A stretch of 64,000 nt of DNA from Anaerolineales bacterium. GTDB lineage: Bacteria; Chloroflexota; Anaerolineae; Anaerolineales; UBA11858. This document shows, piece by piece, positions 54,962 to 64,000 of this stretch; the stretch's first letter is position 1, and each line of letters begins with the position of its first letter. Both the position numbers and the translations under genes were made by a program. The DNA is taken from the NCBI GenBank assembly GCA_046483045.1, contig JAWODY010000005.1, forward strand, positions 512-64,511, in the 5' to 3' direction. The notes below the pieces were generated by a model. That model was not told the origin of the DNA. It was given only the letters and a program-made list of their open reading frames with translations, and did not search any database.

Positions 54962-55569
54962 AAATACTTCCATTTTTGGTATCAAACGGTATCTATCTAC
55001 CCTTATTGGGGTATATCTTGGGCTCGATCCCTTTTTCCTTAATTGTATCCAAGTTTTTTATGGATAAGGATATCCGGGAAAGTGGGTCAGGCCATGCCAC
55101 GACGACGAACACCATCCGCCAGGTGGGGTGGGGCGCGGGGGCGCTGGTGCTTCTCCTGGACATTTCAAAGGGTTTTCTCCCCACCTACATCGCTGTCCGT
55201 GGTGGTTTTCCGGTCTGGGTCATTGTGCCTACGGCAGCGCTGACGGTCGTCGGCCACTGCTGGCCGGTCTTCGCTGGTTTCCAGGGCGGGATGGGGCTCT
55301 CGGCGGCGGGTGGATCCTTTATTGCGGTCTCTTTCACAGGAGGCATGATCACCCTGGGCGTCTTGATCGCCCTCGTGCTCTTGTTCGGGCACGCAGCGCG
55401 GGGAAGCGCCATGGCCGGGTTGGCGATCCCGCCCATCCTGTGGCTGGCGGGATACCGGGGGGACTTATTCTGGACGACCATCCTTGTGGGGTGGATCCTG
55501 GCTTACCGCTTCATCCGGGAGGATTGGGACCGCGAATACAAGGAACTGTGGCTGGACCGGGAAGAGTAG
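54958..55569 (+). CDS. plsY: Glycerol-3-phosphate acyltransferase PlsY
   Basis: GSIPFSLIVSKF..DIRESGSGHATTTN..GGMG. Confidence 0.8.
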   Translation: MKILPFLVSNGIYLPLLGYILGSIPFSLIVSKFFMDKDIRESGSGHATTTNTIRQVGWGAGALVLLLDISKGFLPTYIAVRGGFPVWVIVPTAALTVVGHCWPVFAGFQGGMGLSAAGGSFIAVSFTGGMITLGVLIALVLLFGHAARGSAMAGLAIPPILWLAGYRGDLFWTTILVGWILAYRFIREDWDREYKELWLDREE

Positions 55570-55597
55570 GGGGTTCTAAGATCCACGTGTGTGGTGT

Positions 55598-55634
55598 ACT
55601 CGCGAGGAGGACAGGGACCAACGAAGCGATCTCC
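55598..55634. repeat. Half copy (right arm) of the REP-like element family seen at 48.7-49.1 kb
   Basis: GTACTCGCGAGGAGGACAGGGACCAACGAAGCGATCTCC compared with TGTCATCGCGAGGAGGAGTGAATCCGATGAAGCAATCTCC. Confidence 0.45.
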
Positions 55635-55663
55635 TTTCAATAATTAACCTTGCCAGAGAAAAA

Positions 55664-55704
55664 CCTCCGAGGCCGGGGAAAGCTTCCCCGGGAAACCTCG
55701 GAGG
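55664..55704. terminator. Long GC-rich hairpin between the convergent genes plsY and DUF1015 (candidate bidirectional terminator)
   Basis: CCTCCGAGG-CCGGGGAA-AGC-TTCCCCGG-GAAA-CCTCGGAGG. There is no strong U-tract. Confidence 0.5.
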
Positions 55705-55739
55705 TCACTCGTTCAATCCTCTGAAACAAATATCAACTC

Positions 55740-57065
55740 TTACAAACGCTCGTCCTTGCCGATGGGTAGCATGGCGAATCCGGTGATCACTTTGGGGTAA
55801 AAGTCCGTGGACTTCTGGGGCATCTTTTCGCCCGCTTTCGTGCAGGCTTTGACCTGTTCGATTCGGGTCGCGTTGAGGATGAATAGGTAAGAGGTGTCCT
55901 TTTCCTGAACTTCCTCGTAGCCCATGTCAGGCTCGCGGAGGTATTCGATATTCTCTTTCTTGTCGATCTTCTCTTCCGGGATCTCCATCAGGTGATCGAA
56001 GACCAGGTTGTGGAGGATGCTGACATCTAGCTCGCGCCAGGCTTTGACCCGATCGGGAGCGAGCTTCTTCATAATTTCCCTGTCCTGCAGGGACAGGAAA
56101 TACATCCCGTCTTTTGAGACCAGACCCATGCACCCCACGCTGCCCAGGGTGTCTTCCATGCGCGCCTCCAGAGCAGCCCGGTCCGGGACCTCTTCGACCT
56201 GGAAATATTCCCCGGCTTTTTCTACGATCTCCCGGGTGTCCATTTTTTTGTAATCAGAAATCAAGCGGTGGGTGGGCAGGACGGTCAGGCCCGGGTTGCT
56301 CATGCTGACCAGGGCGACCATGCGGTAATTAAATCCTGCGTTTTCCGGGGCATCGGGAAATTTCTCCCGCTGCTCGTCGCGGTAATTCAGGGCTGTCTCG
56401 TAGCGGTGGTGCCCATCCGCGATGATCAGGTTGCGCTTGGGTTCCATCTCAGCCCTGACCTGCGAGATCACTTCCTGATCCGTGACCACCCAGACCTGGT
56501 GCAGGACATCCTTCTCGTGCAGTTCTTTGGCCTGGATGTCCGGCTCCCGGTCGACAGCTCGGTCTAGGATGGCATCAACTTTGTTTTCGGGGTCTGGATA
56601 AAGCATGAAGATGTTCCCGAAATAAGTTTCTGTGGCCCGGGTCAGCTTCAGGCGGTCCACTTTGGGACCGGCATGGGTTTTTTCGTGGGGGAGGACGATG
56701 CCTTCATCGAAACGGACCAGCTCGAAGGCGTTGATGAACGATTTGCGGGTCACCGTACCGCCGCCAGGAAGGGAAAACGTCTGGTGGTAGATATAGAGGG
56801 CCGGCTCATCCTCGCGCTGCAGCACATCTTCTTCAAGCCACTGCTGCAGGTAGGACCGCGCCCTGGTATAGACGTTGTTTTCCTGGTCGTCATCCTCAAA
56901 TTCCTTGCCCTTGATAATCCGGACGATGTTGTACTCGCTGAGGTCGTAATACTTGTCCTGCAGGCCGTGCCTGACCCTGTCGTAGGGCTGGCTGATGACC
57001 ATGCTCATATCTTCAATTTTCTGGGGGTTGTAGCGTATGCCTTGGAACGGTTTGATATTTGCCAT
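55740..57065 (-). CDS. DUF1015-family protein
   Basis: MANIKPFQGIRYNP.. start and ..IADGHHRYETAL.. motif. It sits next to serA-like and aminotransferase genes. Confidence 0.85.
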   Translation of the reverse strand: MANIKPFQGIRYNPQKIEDMSMVISQPYDRVRHGLQDKYYDLSEYNIVRIIKGKEFEDDDQENNVYTRARSYLQQWLEEDVLQREDEPALYIYHQTFSLPGGGTVTRKSFINAFELVRFDEGIVLPHEKTHAGPKVDRLKLTRATETYFGNIFMLYPDPENKVDAILDRAVDREPDIQAKELHEKDVLHQVWVVTDQEVISQVRAEMEPKRNLIIADGHHRYETALNYRDEQREKFPDAPENAGFNYRMVALVSMSNPGLTVLPTHRLISDYKKMDTREIVEKAGEYFQVEEVPDRAALEARMEDTLGSVGCMGLVSKDGMYFLSLQDREIMKKLAPDRVKAWRELDVSILHNLVFDHLMEIPEEKIDKKENIEYLREPDMGYEEVQEKDTSYLFILNATRIEQVKACTKAGEKMPQKSTDFYPKVITGFAMLPIGKDERL

Positions 57066-57077
57066 AGGGTCTCCTGA

Positions 57078-57977
57078 TTACGATTTTACAGCGTTGATCA
57101 CTTTCTGGGCAGCTACTTGTCCTACACGCGCTTTTGCCTCACCAGTCCCGGCGCCCACATGCGGGGAACCGATGACTTCATCCAGAGAGAAGAGTGGGGA
57201 TCCTTCTGGCGGCTCTTTCTCGTAGACATCGAGGGCTGCGCCGCCCACCTTGCCGTCCTTGAGGGCTTGATACAGGGCTTCTTCATCAATGGTGCCCCCG
57301 CGGCCGCAGTTGATAAGGCGCACGCCGTCTTTCATCTTCTCAAAGGCTTCCGCGTCGATGATGTGGTGGGTCTCTTCGGTGTGGGGAATATGGAGGGTGA
57401 TGAAATCTGACTGGGCCAGGAGTTCGTCCATGGAGACGAATTCGATCCGGTCCGCTTCGTTCACATAAGGATCGTAACCGAGGTTATGCATGCCCAGACA
57501 ATCCGCACGCTCCGCCACAGCGCGCCCGATGCGGCCCGTGCCAATGATGCCCAGCGTCTTCCCGTGGAGTTCAAATCCTAAAAATTTCTTCTTTTCCCAT
57601 TTACCATCCCGCATGGAAATCGTCATCTGCGGGATGCGGCGGGCCAGGGCGAAAAGGTACCCGACCGTCAGCTCCGCCACAGCGCGGGTGGAGGCGCTGG
57701 GGGTGTTGAGGACCTGGATGCCTTTGGATTCCGCGTATTCGACATCGATGCTGTCCAGACCCACCCCGGCGCGGACGATGGCTTTCAGATTTTCCGCTTT
57801 ATCGATCAAGGGTTCGCGCACTTTGGTTCGACTGCGGACCACGATGCATTTGTACTTTTGGATAATCTCCATCAATTCATCCGGCGTAATGTCAGGTTTG
57901 TTGTCGACTTCGATGCCCGCTTCTGCAATGGCCTGGATGGCTTCAGGATCTGTGGGATCACAAATTAATACCGTCAT
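57078..57977 (-). CDS. serA: D-3-phosphoglycerate dehydrogenase-type 2-hydroxyacid dehydrogenase (short form, no ACT domain)
   Basis: GIIGTGRIGRAVA and HIPHTEETHHII..GSPHVG. Confidence 0.8.
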   Translation of the reverse strand: MTVLICDPTDPEAIQAIAEAGIEVDNKPDITPDELMEIIQKYKCIVVRSRTKVREPLIDKAENLKAIVRAGVGLDSIDVEYAESKGIQVLNTPSASTRAVAELTVGYLFALARRIPQMTISMRDGKWEKKKFLGFELHGKTLGIIGTGRIGRAVAERADCLGMHNLGYDPYVNEADRIEFVSMDELLAQSDFITLHIPHTEETHHIIDAEAFEKMKDGVRLINCGRGGTIDEEALYQALKDGKVGGAALDVYEKEPPEGSPLFSLDEVIGSPHVGAGTGEAKARVGQVAAQKVINAVKS

Positions 57978-58043
57978 ATATACCTCTCAGTGTGCTGGGT
58001 TGAAAAAAGGGCATTGCAGTTTTTGCAATGCCCTTGGGGTCGT

Positions 58044-59111
58044 TTAGAATCCGAGAATGTCGTCGATTTGCTCCAGGAGCCAGGTGATGTCCTTGACTTT
58101 CAGGTCGCCCATGTGAGCGATGCGGAAGCAAGTGCCCTTGAGGTCGCCGTAGCCGTTGGAGATCATCGCTCCGCGCTTGGCAAGCTCCCCGTTGAGAGCC
58201 ACGACATCGATACCCTGCGTGTTGTGCACGTTGGACACGGTGTTGGAGAGATACTTTTCGTCGCTGTAGAGGTCGAAATGCTCCCGGGCCCAGCCGCGCA
58301 CTTTTTCTGCCATGTCGATATGGCGCTGGAAGCGGTTCTGCTTGCCTTCTTTTGCGATGCGGTTCATCTGCACGTTGAGGGCATTGATTTGAGAGATGGC
58401 CGGTGTAGCCGGCGTCTGGTTTTTGACCGCTTTCCCCTCGAAGACCTCAAAATTGAAGTAGTAGCCTTTGTTTTCAACCTCCTTAGAGCGTTCCAGGGCG
58501 GCCTCGCTGACGGTGACCACGGTCAGTCCGGGGGGAAGAGCAAAGGCTTTCTGCACGCCCGCCAGGACGACGTCCAATCCCCATTCATCGACCTTGATGT
58601 CCGCGCCTGCCATGGAGGACACCGCGTCGACCAGGACCAGGACATCGGGATATTTCTCTTTGACCATTTTCCCGATCTCTTCCAGCGGGTTCATGATCCC
58701 CGTGGAGGTCTCATTGTGGGTGATGCATACCGTGTCAAACTCGCCTGTGGATAAATGTTCGTCGACCATTTCCGGTGTGATCGCGTTTCCCCATTCCACC
58801 TCAATGACCTCGATGTTTTTCCCGTTGTCGCGGGCGATACGGGCCCAGCGGCGGGAGAAGGCGCCGCAGTTGGTCATTAAAGCTTTGTCCTTGATGCAGT
58901 TGCGGATCGAGCCTTCCATCATCCCCGTGGAAGAGGAAGTGGATAGATAAATGCGTTCCTCTGTCTCTAAAAATGATTTGAGTTTTTTGACCACATCACC
59001 GTGCAGATCGGAATACAGGGAATCACGGTGGCCGATCATGGGCATGGACATGGCTTCTAAGATCTCATCTTCCACATGGGTTGGTCCGGGGATAAAGAGC
59101 TTCTTATACAT
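58044..59111 (-). CDS. Class V aminotransferase (serine-glyoxylate / phosphoserine aminotransferase type)
   Basis: LFIPGPTHVEDEIL.., and VDAVSSMAG..QKAF (PLP Lys region). Confidence 0.85.
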   Translation of the reverse strand: MYKKLFIPGPTHVEDEILEAMSMPMIGHRDSLYSDLHGDVVKKLKSFLETEERIYLSTSSSTGMMEGSIRNCIKDKALMTNCGAFSRRWARIARDNGKNIEVIEVEWGNAITPEMVDEHLSTGEFDTVCITHNETSTGIMNPLEEIGKMVKEKYPDVLVLVDAVSSMAGADIKVDEWGLDVVLAGVQKAFALPPGLTVVTVSEAALERSKEVENKGYYFNFEVFEGKAVKNQTPATPAISQINALNVQMNRIAKEGKQNRFQRHIDMAEKVRGWAREHFDLYSDEKYLSNTVSNVHNTQGIDVVALNGELAKRGAMISNGYGDLKGTCFRIAHMGDLKVKDITWLLEQIDDILGF

Positions 59112-59368
59112 CAGTACCTCCTAAGGTAGAGAAAAACTTTGGAAACAGCAAAGTGATTTTTCAAGGGACACGTTCATTGGTTAGTATAAAATAGGCTATT
59201 TTCCGTGTCAACAAGCTTGTGAAGTATTATACATGCTGGAAGATTTCATGCGTAGTGAGGAGTATCATGCATGGCGGGATCAGATGGCAGGCGTTCATGC
59301 CCAGGTCTATTCGGGGTCGGTTGTCTCCCAGGCCCTATTTTTGATCTATTGCCGATGGGGAAGCGGGT

Positions 59369-59821
59369 TTATTCTGCTGTCCGGGCAGGGCTGGAGGAGC
59401 CGTTTTTAAGGGGGTTGGGGCCGAGTTCTTTGATCCGTTCCGTCATCTCCCGGGCGGCATTAGCGAACGTCTTTCCCTGTCCCCCTGACATGAAAAACAT
59501 GTCCAGTCGATCCCCGTCCAAACCGATCTCATCCAGCATTTGCTTGGTGCGTTCCACCCGTGCCAGGCCCCGCACATTGCCCCGCACATGGTGGCAGTTG
59601 CCCATGGGGCAGGCGACCACATAGACCCCATCTGCTCCCTCTTCGAAGGCCTTGAGAATGTAGCGCGGATCCGTCTTCCCCGTGCAGGGAAGTTTGATCA
59701 ATTTTACGTTGGCCGGGTACTGGATGCGGAGCGCGCTGGCTGTGTCCGCAGCCATGTACCCGCAGTAAATGCACATGAAGGCTGTGATTTCAGGTTCGAA
59801 AGAGGGCTGATGTGGGTTCAT
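59369..59821 (-). CDS. MvhD-type (methyl-viologen-reducing hydrogenase delta subunit) protein
   Basis: FMCIYCGY..KLPCTGKTDPRYILKAFEEGADGVYVVACPMGNCHH. It overlaps the HdrA stop by 4 nt. Confidence 0.85.
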   Translation of the reverse strand: MNPHQPSFEPEITAFMCIYCGYMAADTASALRIQYPANVKLIKLPCTGKTDPRYILKAFEEGADGVYVVACPMGNCHHVRGNVRGLARVERTKQMLDEIGLDGDRLDMFFMSGGQGKTFANAAREMTERIKELGPNPLKNGSSSPARTAE

Positions 59822-62800
59822 ACGTCAATCCATTTCCCCAGGATGGGGGTATCCGAGATCATGATTTGTCCGTCGGTGTAATTCTGGAGTTGGATGGCAT
59901 TCGCTGGGCATTCGCTCGTGCAGGTCCCACAGCCGTGGCACAGGGAGGGGTCGATGGTGGCTGCGCCTCCCAATTCTCCTACGCCCGTTTTGTCCGGATC
60001 GATTTCTGGAATGTGGAAGGGGCAGGTCCGCACGCAGGTCAGGCAGCCCACGCACAGGTCCGGGTCGACCTCTGCCACCGTGCCCCCGAAGTGGAAGGGC
60101 TGCTTGGAGAGGATGGTGGTTGCCCTGCCTGCTGTGGCCAGGGCCTGGCTGATGCTTTCTTCGATGAATTTCGGGTAATGGGCGATGCCGCACATGAAAA
60201 TTCCCTCTTCCATGAAATCCATGGGGCGCATTTTGATGTGCGCTTCCAGGAAGAACCCTTCCCGGGAGAGCGGCACGTCCAGCATCTGGGCCAGCTTCTG
60301 CGTACCCTGAGAGGGAATGATGGAGGTGCTCAGGACCAGCATGTCGGGGTCGATGATCATGGGTCGGTCCAGCATGGGCTCCTGTATGCGGATCCGTAGT
60401 TCCCCGTGGATGTTCTCAACAAGGGGTTTATCCGAGTCATAGCGGATGAAGATCACACCTCTATTCCGGGCCTCTGTGTAATACTGCTCCCGGAACCCGT
60501 AGGTGATGATGTCCCGGTAGAGGACGATCACCTGGCAGTCGGGGTTAATGATCTTCATGCGGATGGCGTTCTTAATCGTGCTCGTGCAGCAGATTCGCGA
60601 GCAGTATTCATATTTTGAGCCTTCAGGCCGCACGCACTGGATCATGGCGATGGTGTCCAGATCCGCGACTTCCTCGAGGCGGTGGGTGAGCTTTTCCTCC
60701 AATTCCAACTGAGTGATGACTTTGGGATGCTTCCCCAGCAGATACTGGTCCACCCGGGCTTCCTCCCCGCCGGTGGCTACGATGGTCACCCCGTGGGAGA
60801 TGTTTGTCTTCGTGCCGTCCTGGTGTTTGAGCACCGCGTGGTAAGCCCCGATGTGCCCGGAATGATTCACCAGCTCTGTTCGCGTATGGACCGTGACCCG
60901 TTCGTGGACCCGGATACGGTTCACCAGATCCCGGAGCAGCTGTTGGGGGTTTTCCCCCTCGACTAGATACTGCACCTTGTGCAGGTTTCCGCCCAGGGCA
61001 TCATCGCGCTCAACGAGCACAGCGTTGAAACCGGAGTCAGCGACCGCCAGGGCAGCTGTCATACCCGAAACGCCGCCGCCGATGACCAGGGCCCGTTTTG
61101 TGGGCGGGATGTTGGATTTATAGATTGGGGCCAGGGTGTTGGCGCGGGCCACACCCATGCGGACCAGCTCCAGGGCTTTGCGGGTGGCTTTTTCGGGTTC
61201 ATGCGTGTGCACCCAGGCGCAGAACCCGCGGATGTTGACCATTTCCATCAGGTAGGCGTTTATACCCACCTCGCGGACAGCGCGCTGGAAGAGGGATTCA
61301 TGGGTGCGGTGGCTGCAGCCCCCGATCACCACCCGGTTGAGATCGTGTCCCTGGATGGCAGACTGGATGGCGCTGATCCCCTCAGGGAAGCATCCGTAGG
61401 CGATGTCTTCCGTGTGGACGACGTTGGGAAAATCCTCCGCCCGCTGAATCAGCCGGTCGATGTCGATGATGCCCTCGATGGACGGGGTGCAGCGGCAGAG
61501 GAAGATCCCCACGCGGGGCGGACCGTCCAGGTCCCTCTCTGGAGGATACTTTCCCCGGCTCAGGAAGGGGTACTCCCGGCTGTAGGGGGTTTTACCAAGC
61601 TGGTTGTTAAAGAGGCGCATCACGTCTCCAGCCGCCCCCGCGGAGTCGATGATCGTTTCCGCGATTTCCTTCGGGGTCGAAAAAGCCCCGCAGACATAGA
61701 TGCCGGGCTGGCTGGTTTCCAAGGGATTGAATTTATCCGTCTGGCAAAAGCCGTACTGGTTGAGGTCGAACCCGAGCTGTTCTGAAACCACGTCCGCCCC
61801 GGCCGGGGGACGGACCCCCACAGAAAGCACGACCATATCGAATTCTTCCTGAGTGATCTCCCCCTCCTGATCCGGGTCAGGATAGGTCAGGACCAGGTTC
61901 TTGGTTTCCGGGTTCTCATTGATTTCCGAGACCCGGCATCGTGTGTACTGCACGCCGTATTCTTCATAAGAGCGGTAAAAATAGGCGTTGTATTCTTTGT
62001 TGAAGGCCCGCTCATCCATCATGAACACCTGGCAGTGTACGTCGCCCAGGCGCTGTTTGGCGAGCACGGCCTCTTTGGTGGCGTACATGCAGCAGATGGA
62101 AGAGCAGTAGGGGTGATCCTGGTCCCGGGACCCGATACACTGCAGCCAGGCGATGCGTTTTGGCGGTTTATTATCGGAGGGGCGGAGGACCAGACCCTCC
62201 GTGGGTCCGGAGCGGCTGACATAGCGTTCGTACTGCATGCTGTGGACCACGTTGAGGTAGCGCCCGTAGCCGAATTCCGCCAACTCGCGGGGATCGGTCA
62301 GTTTGTATCCCAGGGCAAGGATGATGGCGGAGACGCCGATCGTCTCCTGCCAGTTCCCTTCGTCGAGGTTGATGGCCTGCGTGGGGCAGACTTCTTCACA
62401 TTTCCGGCAGGATTCACAATATTCGCCCTTGTCGATGTAATAGGTGTTGGGCAGGGAGCGGGGGGCGCTTTTATGGATGGCCATACGGGTGACCAGGGAT
62501 TCCTGGAATTCACTGGGTAAGCGCTCCGGGCAGGAGATGGCGCACAAACCGCAGTTGGTGCAGCGGTCGACATCCACATAGCGGGGCTGGTGATCCAGGG
62601 TGACCCGGAAATCGCCGGCCTGTCCGGAAGCCCCCACCATTTCTGTGCGGGTCATGATTTCAATGTTCGGGTGCCGGTTGTGATCCATTAATGCGGGGGA
62701 GATGGACGGCCGGGTGCAGCCATACCCGTGGTCCGAGGTGCCGCGGCAGAGCACGCAATCGTGGGTGGGAAACATGAATCCCAGCTGCGCCACCCGCCCT

Positions 62801-62934
62801 CCTAATCCGGGTTCTCGCTCAATCAAGTACACCTGCAGGCCAGCTTCGGCGAGATCTAGCGCTGCACGCATTCCCCCGATCCCGCCGCCGACCACTAAAA
62901 CTGCGCCTTGTGGATTTTGTCGGTCATCTACCAT
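59818..62934 (-). CDS. Tandem HdrA-like flavoprotein (1038 aa): two FAD/HdrA modules, an internal MvhD-like insert and a C-terminal 2x[4Fe-4S] ferredoxin domain
   Basis: VLVVGGGIGGMRAALDLAEAG and ALVIGGGVSGMTAALAVADSG. Ferredoxin motifs CTNCGLCAISCP, CESCRKCEEVCP, CVGCLTCVRTCP and CHGCGTCTSECP. Internal RVGIFLCRC..VIGGCSHRTHE. Confidence 0.85.
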   Translation of the reverse strand: MVDDRQNPQGAVLVVGGGIGGMRAALDLAEAGLQVYLIEREPGLGGRVAQLGFMFPTHDCVLCRGTSDHGYGCTRPSISPALMDHNRHPNIEIMTRTEMVGASGQAGDFRVTLDHQPRYVDVDRCTNCGLCAISCPERLPSEFQESLVTRMAIHKSAPRSLPNTYYIDKGEYCESCRKCEEVCPTQAINLDEGNWQETIGVSAIILALGYKLTDPRELAEFGYGRYLNVVHSMQYERYVSRSGPTEGLVLRPSDNKPPKRIAWLQCIGSRDQDHPYCSSICCMYATKEAVLAKQRLGDVHCQVFMMDERAFNKEYNAYFYRSYEEYGVQYTRCRVSEINENPETKNLVLTYPDPDQEGEITQEEFDMVVLSVGVRPPAGADVVSEQLGFDLNQYGFCQTDKFNPLETSQPGIYVCGAFSTPKEIAETIIDSAGAAGDVMRLFNNQLGKTPYSREYPFLSRGKYPPERDLDGPPRVGIFLCRCTPSIEGIIDIDRLIQRAEDFPNVVHTEDIAYGCFPEGISAIQSAIQGHDLNRVVIGGCSHRTHESLFQRAVREVGINAYLMEMVNIRGFCAWVHTHEPEKATRKALELVRMGVARANTLAPIYKSNIPPTKRALVIGGGVSGMTAALAVADSGFNAVLVERDDALGGNLHKVQYLVEGENPQQLLRDLVNRIRVHERVTVHTRTELVNHSGHIGAYHAVLKHQDGTKTNISHGVTIVATGGEEARVDQYLLGKHPKVITQLELEEKLTHRLEEVADLDTIAMIQCVRPEGSKYEYCSRICCTSTIKNAIRMKIINPDCQVIVLYRDIITYGFREQYYTEARNRGVIFIRYDSDKPLVENIHGELRIRIQEPMLDRPMIIDPDMLVLSTSIIPSQGTQKLAQMLDVPLSREGFFLEAHIKMRPMDFMEEGIFMCGIAHYPKFIEESISQALATAGRATTILSKQPFHFGGTVAEVDPDLCVGCLTCVRTCPFHIPEIDPDKTGVGELGGAATIDPSLCHGCGTCTSECPANAIQLQNYTDGQIMISDTPILGKWIDV

Positions 62935-62946
62935 GAGTGATCCTCG

Positions 62947-63597
62947 TTATATTTCTCGAATATCTAAGACTTTTGTGCCTTCTAATTGGTTAATTACCTC
63001 TTGCAGCTTATCCCTTTCCAGGTTTAAAACCTTGCACACGGAGACCCAGGAATCGGTAATGTCCTCTGGGTAATAACCGACGCAGACCGAAAGGTACCCT
63101 CCCTCCTCTGCAATGGCGTTGGTCAATCTCGCGACCTCCCCCACGCGGTCCGGCTGGAGGACTGTCACCCTCGTCCCTTTGCGCCGGGACCCCAGGAGTG
63201 AAACCATGGTATTGAAGAGGTCGCTGTCCGTGATGATCCCCACCAGATCCTTGCCGTCCAAAACGGGGAGGCAGCCGATCTTGTGATCCGCCATGACGCG
63301 GGCGGCGGTTTCGATAGGGATGTCCTCCTTGATGGTGATCACATCTTTGACCATCACTGTGTCCACTTTGATTTTCGCCAGAGTATAGCTGATCTCAAAC
63401 CGGCTGAAATTACTCACGTCCGAAGGGAGGGCGCTGAGTAGCGAGCGCTGTGTGATCAGCCCCACCAACTTTTCCTTGTCGTCCATGATGGGGAGGTGGC
63501 GGACGCCCTCATCCCGCATCAATGACTGCGCTTCCGTAACGGGCATGTCCGGATACCCGCAGGTGGGGTCCGGGGTCATGCGATCTCTGACTAACAT
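62947..63597 (-). CDS. CBS-pair plus ACT-like domain protein (AcuB-like)
   Basis: Two CBS repeats (VRHLPIMD.., IGCLPVLD..), then a C-terminal ~70-aa ACT-like region. Confidence 0.75.
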   Translation of the reverse strand: MLVRDRMTPDPTCGYPDMPVTEAQSLMRDEGVRHLPIMDDKEKLVGLITQRSLLSALPSDVSNFSRFEISYTLAKIKVDTVMVKDVITIKEDIPIETAARVMADHKIGCLPVLDGKDLVGIITDSDLFNTMVSLLGSRRKGTRVTVLQPDRVGEVARLTNAIAEEGGYLSVCVGYYPEDITDSWVSVCKVLNLERDKLQEVINQLEGTKVLDIREI

Positions 63598-63644
63598 CTC
63601 AGCCTCCTAACTGTCCTTTTACCAGCCTTGTCCTGCTCGGGTCC

Positions 63645-64000
63645 TCAATATACAAAAGGATGCTGGCAGGAATCACAGACGATGTTGGCTTCATCCAACA
63701 TGGATACCTTAATCTTGATGAAACGCGGCGGTACGCACCCGCAGTGGGCGACGACGCATCGTTCCGTTTTTTCTTCATTCATGAGTTTATCCACAAGCAA
63801 TATTCCCTGGAGCATCCCTTTGTTCTTATTGATCACCGTTTGGATGTTGTGGATCACGCTGATCCAGCGGATGTAAGCTTCCATGGTCAATATCCATTGG
63901 TGGCACTTCTCTTCACAGTTCCAAACAGAGGTCAATCCGAACTCGCAGGCGGGTTTTGTGTACCAATTTGAATAGCGGTCCACTTTTTCGACGGTCTCCA
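63645..64000 (-). CDS. Cys-rich hypothetical protein, N-terminus outside the window
   Basis: The frame is open to the window end (..ETVEKVDRYSNWYTKPACEFG..CEEKC..AHCGC..CDSC). No family recognised. Confidence 0.4.
   Translation of the reverse strand, partial: ETVEKVDRYSNWYTKPACEFGLTSVWNCEEKCHQWILTMEAYIRWISVIHNIQTVINKNKGMLQGILLVDKLMNEEKTERCVVAHCGCVPPRFIKIKVSMLDEANIVCDSCQHPFVY

Overview
The window is 64 kb of bacterial chromosome. By eye, GC is about 55-65% in core stretches and 30-45% in two patches. Gene content suggests an anaerobic Chloroflexota or Anaerolineae-like organism, but this is a low-confidence inference: group 3d NAD-linked [NiFe] hydrogenase, HdrA/MvhD, DUF1015-serA-aminotransferase, many Thr/Pro-linker lipoproteins, and REP-like 'GATTGCTTCGC..CGCAATGAC' palindromes. 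I found about 60 protein genes, 2 tRNAs (CAU and His-GUG), no rRNA and no CRISPR array.

Main blocks:
- 1-1080: an IS110-family transposase running off the window edge, which the ORF track missed. It is followed by about 1 kb without a credible ORF.
- 2.8-9.8 kb: a 7-kb co-directional thiol/redox and ars-like cluster. It reads ArsR, Trx-like, ArsP-like permease, 3 tandem Trx-fold paralogues, a decayed arsR'-'acr3 remnant, Trx-VKOR fusion, two tiny ORFs, an Fe-S-domain protein, and a radical SAM/SPASM enzyme.
- 10-31 kb: housekeeping and accessory genes, including mutY, an MFS/ROK gene pair, an S9 peptidase, a CFA-synthase-like gene pair, and a 1064-aa APC-USP-USP-DUF389 fusion.
- 31-37 kb: a low-GC accessory patch.
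- 38.2-44.3 kb: hoxFUYH-hoxW plus a dihydroorotate-dehydrogenase-like gene.
- 44.5-46.3 kb: a small low-GC islet bracketed by two 58-nt direct repeats, next to a hairpin-rich non-coding stretch.
- 46.6-50.6 kb: SatD plus a membrane partner, tRNA, a repeat cluster, tRNA-His and hisS.
- 52-55.6 kb: dtxR-feoAB-plsY.
- 55.7-59.1 kb: a serine-pathway cluster.
- 59.4-64 kb: MvhD, a tandem HdrA and a CBS/ACT protein.

At least seven reading frames are visibly broken (frameshifts, in-frame TAG/TAA, fused remnants). All calls rest on manual translation and remembered motifs; no searches were run.
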